A stretch of DNA of 64,000 nt from positions 9,178,001-9,242,000 of the forward strand of contig CM119372.1 of NCBI GenBank assembly GCA_051294905.1. The letters are read 5' to 3'. The notes beneath the pieces were generated by a model, which saw only the letters and a list, made by a program, of their open reading frames with translations, was not told the origin of the DNA and made no database searches. Every line of letters starts with the position of its first letter. The first letter of the stretch is position 1. Below, one piece after another: positions 57,831 through 64,000 of this stretch. The translations under genes were made by a program, and so were the position numbers. The stretch is from Botryllus schlosseri. Lineage: Eukaryota.

Positions 57831-60406
57831 ATGAACCAGCCTGTCGATGAGCAAGAGAGGAAGGCACGGTCCATCACCGCTCAGTTGGAAAAGCGTAAAG
57901 AAGAACGTGCGGTTCTGAACGCAAAGAAAAATGAAGATGTAGAGAGGGCTTCAAAACTGGAAACGTATGAGTACTTCATTCAAAATTTCAAGGAAGGGTG
58001 TGATTCACTTCGAAAAATGTTGGACGACGACCAATTCTCGTCAAATCCTGACAGAGCTCTGGTTTCGGACTACCTGGAAAAACTGTCAGTAAATTACGAG
58101 AAATTGCGTAAATTTTTAAACGACTCCACTGTGTTTCTTCGGTCGTATCAACTTGGACGAGCGCAAAAGACTTTAATCGAGTTAGAGGTTGATATCTTGT
58201 CGAAGAAAGAAACTTTACAACCGAGGAAGAAGTTTGCTTTCAAATCAAAAAAGAAAGTGGCAGAGGTTGCGAAAGGTGAGATATTTTGGAATTGTGTTAA
58301 ATCACTCTAGAATACATTACACTTTTCTCATAGTAGTTTTGTTTTATTGCATTATTTTTCTGGAACGGATGAAACTCACATCACACCCTATTAATTTGAT
58401 TCTCCATTGTATTCCATCCTACACAAATATTAGTATAGGCATATCGTCTTACATGTTTCAAGCCTAGAGCTCTAGTTGAATTTGTTTTACAACTGACAAG
58501 GCCTAGTTGATTAGTGAGTGATGAATCACGTTTAGACTATTCGAAATATAGTATTATTGGCAGATTTCTTATCCTTTGGATTGAAATTTCAGATGCGCCC
58601 GCTCCTGTCGTAAAAAATGAAGCAGCAACTCATGTTAACAAGCTTTTAAGTCAATGTCAAGTTTCTTCAAAGAATGAAGAAACCATTTGCATTGCTAAGA
58701 AAGAACTTGATGGCAATGACGTATCACTATCTAAATTACAGAACTGTGTTGTGATGCTGCAAGGTCATCCCGGCACAGTTCACATCAGCGATATCCAAAA
58801 TTGCACGGTACTTTGTGGACCGGTGTCCGGGTCTGTATTTGTAGAAAAGTGAGTATCTGCAAAAGCGCTGTTGGTGATGTTGTTGAGATTTGCATCGCAG
58901 CTCTGGTCCTACCGAGTTTCTAATGTCACAGCGAGAACTTGGCGTCATATATCCTTGAAAATTACCCCTACATGTTTTAGGTCTAAACTACTTGATGGCG
59001 GTGTTTTTTTTTGCTACTTGCAGTTCAACAGGTACTTTTTGAATTTTGTCAAGTAGAATGTAACATCACTGATTTCAGTGACGCTTGACATCATTTTGGG
59101 TCTCCCATAGTTATTCTACATTAGTCCCGGAAAATCTTACAAATTTGGAAGTTGTCTGCGTTCAACCGATAAGTATTCGTCCAGATCATCTTATCAAAAG
59201 TATTGAAGTAACCTTTCAAACCAATATTATTCTACTTCTACTTGAAACAACTTCGAAATATTCTGCAAATTTCTGTATACGCTACTCGATACTGGCATCA
59301 CTTGACACAGAGTTTTTTGAAACAATACCACTTCTTATACTGAAAAAACTAATGTAGAAAATAGTTTTGCGTATGTATGGATCACCTTTGTGAGCTGAAT
59401 TGTCATCACAAGGAGGCGAAATCGTCACTGTGATTGAATTTATTTTCGAAAATTGCACTTATTAGTAGGGTTATTGCGTTAGCCGCGAAGATGCACTGTG
59501 TAATTTAAGAAGTTTTCACCTCATTAGTAGGGCAAGTTTTTGCAACTTTTTTTTACAGCTTCCGGCAGCTTCCTAAATACTCGTAAGATATGTAGAATGC
59601 TGTTTTAAGCTGTTTGAAGGAATCTTATAGTGCAACTTTTGTCAACATTTTTCATGCAACTTTTTCGATTTTTCATGAAAGTATTTTCGATTTTGGTGAA
59701 ATACACGGCCAAATTCGACTGAAACACCGTAAATCAGCGCCGAAGTAACGCTTTTACGGGTATTTCGGGAGCTGTGCCGGAAAATTGACCTTTTTATTTA
59801 GTCAACCGAGCAAAATGTGGTCAAAATGCAACTTCAGCAACTTTTTTCGAAAATAAATGAATAAATGCAACTTTCCACGGATTCAACTGCAACAAAAACT
59901 TGCCCTACTCATTAGACAATATCTACTTTTTAAACTACTTATATGATTAGTTTTCGCACCACCATTTTATGTGAAGTAGTTTTGATGAGCCGTAGGAATC
60001 TCTACTTCTACTTGTACTGGAGAATAAATTTATGACGTCACCTATACTTGTGTACCATCGCTGACTACTTTGACCTGATTGGCTTCTATTCAGATGCAAA
60101 TCATCGCGCATAGTCAACGGCTGTCAGCAGCTTCGTATTCACGAAACCAACGACACCGACTTCTACTTGCACGTCACCAGCAGAGCGATTATCGAAGACA
60201 GCGAAGGTCTGCGTTTCGCGCCATATAATTGGACCTACGCAAGTTACGAAGCGGATTTGATCTCTTCCGGACTGCGGAACGGGATAAATAACTGGGACAA
60301 GGTCGACGATTTCAATTGGCTCTCCAACGAGCCTTCTCCGAACTGGAGTGTTTTGCCGGAACCCGAAAGGCGAACCTCTTGGGCCGACTTTGAGAAAAAG
60401 TGTTGA
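57831..60406 (+). CDS. TBCC: Tubulin-specific chaperone C, 3 exons
   Basis: N-terminal helical domain ending LQPRKKFAFKSKKK; beta-helix C-CAP/cofactor C domain (LCGPVSGSVFVE, GCQQLRIH, LHVTSRAIIEDS..FAPYNWTY, NNWDKVDDFNWL..EPSPNW). Exons 57831-58275, 58593-58848, 60094-60406. Confidence 0.94.
59528..59907. mobile_element. hAT-type MITE in TBCC intron 2
   Basis: TAGGGCAAGTTTTTG...CAAAAACTTGCCCTA; perfect TSD CTCATTAG; GCAACTTT subrepeats. Confidence 0.9.
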
Positions 60407-61051
60407 TTCCATATATGGAAGTATTTCCTCTCTGTGATTAATGTTGTTGCTGCTACAATTGCGTCTCCTAATTTTTCAATTAAAGATACACGTCAATATT
60501 ATCAATGTGTTTTGTAACGTTGTCCATTGTCTGGCTTGCCTCCCCGGCGTGCGAAGAAAAGGTGTCTCATTGTTGGAGGAATTTTTGAAATCCGTGCAGG
60601 CGTGGTGAAAAATCTGTGGAATTCACGTTGGCGTATTATTGCGATGTATAGTAGGTAGCGGTTTGAAGTATACAGAATCATCGATGTATTCCTTGTAGAT
60701 TTTCACCTAATCGCTGAATAGGGGTGTGTATCATAAGTCTATTCATACTTTCAGAGTTCGAAAACAATGGAGGGATTTCCGAGTGTGGAAGCGTATCAAT
60801 TGTTTGCGACGAATGCCAGAGGTTCCGGTTACTACGCGTCATCTTTTACTAATGTAGCGCTGTTGTTATGTCTCAAAAATTTGATTTTGCGGTGATTAGA
60901 TTAGATGAGACGGCTGTTCGGCGTTACGTTCGGAAATAGTCACGTTTTGGATATAAAGCGATTGCAGGATTCGTTGTCTTAATCTTCTGCCATCGAAGTC
61001 GTTATAGAAGAGGCAATGCAGGATTAGCGCCGGGAAAAGGAATTGTGAGTG

Positions 61052-64000
61052 ATGACTGAGATGGGAATACAAATGGAGTTGAAAAGGGGAAATTCTGGGA
61101 CGATGCACCGCGCGATCACGAGGAAGCCCAGAGTGGATAGTAACTCGAAGCCTGCAAGACTGTCGAGCAGAAGCAGTGACGCAAGTGATGGTAGGTGACG
61201 GACAGGTCTCGTTGACAGATGCTTAGAAGTTATTCTCCTGTCACAAAAGTTGATTTTTGGCATGTAGGCTACGTCTGTCAAGCAAAGCATTTTGTATAAT
61301 GTATCATCTATTTATTGTAAGGGTATGTGTCTTGAGCGAATAATTAGTGGTTGCAACCTGCCAAGCAAGTAGGCCTAGTGTTGCATTTAAAACACGTGGT
61401 TGTTTAAAACATTGTGTTATTGTACAAAAAATTGTGTTATTTTCTAAGTTGTATAATTAGGCCATAATTGTGTAATTACGTTCCAAAAATATGTCGTATG
61501 GACCTACGGACGACGATTACCTACCACCCGATATAGCGGACGTATACGATATGATGGTTGGAACTCTCGGAATAGTCGGTTCAACAGCTATAGTAGGCTA
61601 CGTACATATAGATCATTCGTAAGAAATGAATGTTCTGATGGTGATGACCGCCGACAGTAAAAATGCTGCAGTATCAGTTTATTAATATTTTCATCAATTC
61701 AAAACACCACACGAACTGCGATACAATGAAAAGATAGGAAGATGCCGAAACGACTTGGAGTAGGCTAGTTTTTGAGATCAAGCAGACACCCAACGTGGCC
61801 TAGGCGAAGTAGAGAAGAGGCATGCACAATGAGTGAAAAATAAATCAGAGAATATAAAAGGCAAGCGACAAAATAACGTGGCATGTGGCGGGAGGCGAGA
61901 TCGATATGTTAGGTCGAGGTCCGGAGATCCTGAAGGCTGACTAGTATTCAAGACGATGTAGTCCCCTGGGTCCTGGTTAAAGATAATTTTGGTCCGAATA
62001 TGACAGGGGTTGGAAGCCTATTTCGTCAAAGGAGCTATATTTACCCTCTGTTTTCAATTGTGAATATCAATCCCATATGACGTCACAGTTGAATATGCGT
62101 GACGTCATGGCATAGAAAAAACATTAAATAACGTGTTTTAAACAAGGGCCTTGTTTTAAGGAAGTGTGTTTTATTTTTGGTTTAAATAAAACCCAACAAG
62201 CAAGGGGAATTTACACTGCCGCGCCACTTATAAATTCTGTGAGTCTCGCAAAATCGACTCGTTCAATTTATTTTCAATTTATTGTGATACGTGGAAGCGG
62301 GACCTACGAAATTTTTAGGCCCTGGTGGGAGCAATTTCATTATTATCATTGATCCATAAAACCAAGCACAAAATGAATTCAAGAATTGACTTTAGAATTG
62401 GCTTTGCAACTGCAATCCGGAAAACGATTTGTCTTTCAAAACAATAAATTGGTACTGAGCAACGATCGAGCCACAAATTGTGCTTATTGTCATACGTCGT
62501 TCTGACATTTGGAAGAAGAATAAAATCTCATCGAAGGTGAATTTTTTTCTTTCTTCCAAATATTTTGCGAAGCGAAATATTACGTAAAAATGTCCTCGAG
62601 GGCCACAGAAAAGTCGTTTGCAGTAGCTTGCCCAGCCCTGATCTACCTCACTGAACTCATCGATCACCAACCAAGCAAGTGTATTATACAGCCCTTGAGC
62701 TATATACACATAAGCTACATTGGTTGGACGCTTACTAATTTGACGCAAGATATATTATAATTTTGGCAGATCGCATTGAACAAACAGGAGGCTATTCACA
62801 CGGATCAGCATTTTATTTCCTTTTCACCACAAACATGCGTGCCAGCTAGTTACCACCTTTGCAATTACATTTCATTCATTCGTTACCATACCGTATTAGG
62901 CTTACTTCTTCCACCCTTTCTCATGGGAGTTATTGTTGCTTTCAGGTTCCGATCATGAAGATCGCGCATCGTATGAATACGATAACTTCAACATCGACCT
63001 GACCTTTTCGATCGAAAATACCACGAATCAACCAGACAAAGGCAATGGTCGGTCGATACGAAGGCAGTCCAGCAAAAAGAAAGAAATATCGGACAACCAA
63101 CTCGAACCTGATGAGATGATGACTAAAACAAAGTCAATAAAAGTTCAGCAGATCGCTATCCAGTCTCACCAGACTCAACCCGCGCAGGCACCGCAAGACG
63201 CTAAACAGACGTCCATCAAAAGTAAATTACGACTTACGCGCACATTATCGTTTGATAACGTTATCCATCAATCACGTTCATCGAGACACCCATCATTCTT
63301 GTTGAAGCACGACACACCAAGCGGGAAAGAAAAACACGCAAGTTACGACGCGGGAAGTCAGATCATGGAAAATTACACCGATCAACTTCAATATAGCGCC
63401 GGAACGCCGAGACCAACTAAAGGAAAACGTGTGAGGTCGTTTTTTCGTCGGCTCGCCGGCTCCCTTGAAAGTTTGCTCGGAATCAGAAGAAAATCAGGGT
63501 ACAGCCACGACTCACAAGAGATAATGACACCTAGTCCGCCGGGGCCAGATCGGCCCGGGAAAACAAGTCACAATTCGTATGATACATCGCACAACGAACA
63601 AAGCTCCGAGAAAGTAGCGTCCACAGAAGCCACTGTGTCAAGTCAAGGATACGACATCTTGAACGCTACTGTACCGCCGTCAGGAAGCCGACAAAATCCC
63701 ACAGCCAATTCACCCGACGATATTATATCATTCTATCGCGGAAAGCGACTATATACGCCTCGCGATCCTTCGACGTTATCAATCACTTCTCTTGTCACCC
63801 CGACTCCACCTCGAAAACCCACTAACAAACGCCACAGAGGGCTGCGACAAGCTGGGGGCAGGCGGCGTCGCCACATTCGGCGTGGAAGCCATCCCGAGTT
63901 CACGGACGCATCCAATGACTGGGAGACGAGAAGCGACACTGATTCAGAAGGATATGCGTTTCAAAGTAACCGGCTGAAATCGCGGAACGACTCTTCCCCG
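61052..64000 (+). CDS. Unidentified protein-coding gene, 3'-incomplete (Ser/Thr/Pro/Arg-rich, likely disordered N-terminal region)
   Basis: A stop-free frame of ~350 codons runs from the acceptor ttcag|gt at 62946 to the window end. A phase-compatible upstream exon at 61052-61190 (MTEMGIQMELKRG...SDASDG|gtagg) could supply the start. Confidence 0.7.
61675..61950 (-). mobile_element. Crack-like LINE 3' UTR fragment
   Basis: Matches 33835-34090 (GCGATACAATGAAAAGATAGGAAG...CGACTTGGAGTAG...GGCCTAGGCGAAGTAGAGAAG). Confidence 0.75.

Noticed and set aside
61491..61622. Short ORF MSYGPTDDDYLPPD... as first exon of the terminal gene
   Set aside because: Its strong donor (TC|GTAAG) is phase 2, incompatible with the phase-1 acceptor at 62946. 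The 61052-61190 exon fits better.

Overview
This is eukaryotic DNA from an invertebrate animal. The many ~55-70 bp spliceosomal introns, compact gene packing and MITE-rich larger introns suggest a tunicate/ascidian, but that is inference. The window opens with a >6 kb palindrome: two oppositely oriented arrays of a 206-bp tandem repeat around a ~350-bp spacer. Rare variants occur in mirror order on the two arms, which points to a foldback-type element. Seven recognisable genes follow: GCC1 (+), C12orf4/FERRY3 (-), an intronless CAMSAP-like gene with no visible CH domain (-), an intronless GOLGA2/GM130 (-), TBL2 (+), PHF10 (-) and TBCC (+). An unrecognised gene, missed by the ORF track, runs off the right edge. 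Introns and the 27-41 kb intergenic region hold many non-autonomous DNA transposons, often with visible 8-bp TSDs. These include GG-terminated elements carrying telomere-like tracts and a Harbinger-like element containing a Penelope fragment. Crack/CR1-group LINE tails and tRNA-derived SINEs are also present. Exon coordinates were read by eye and may be off by a few bases.
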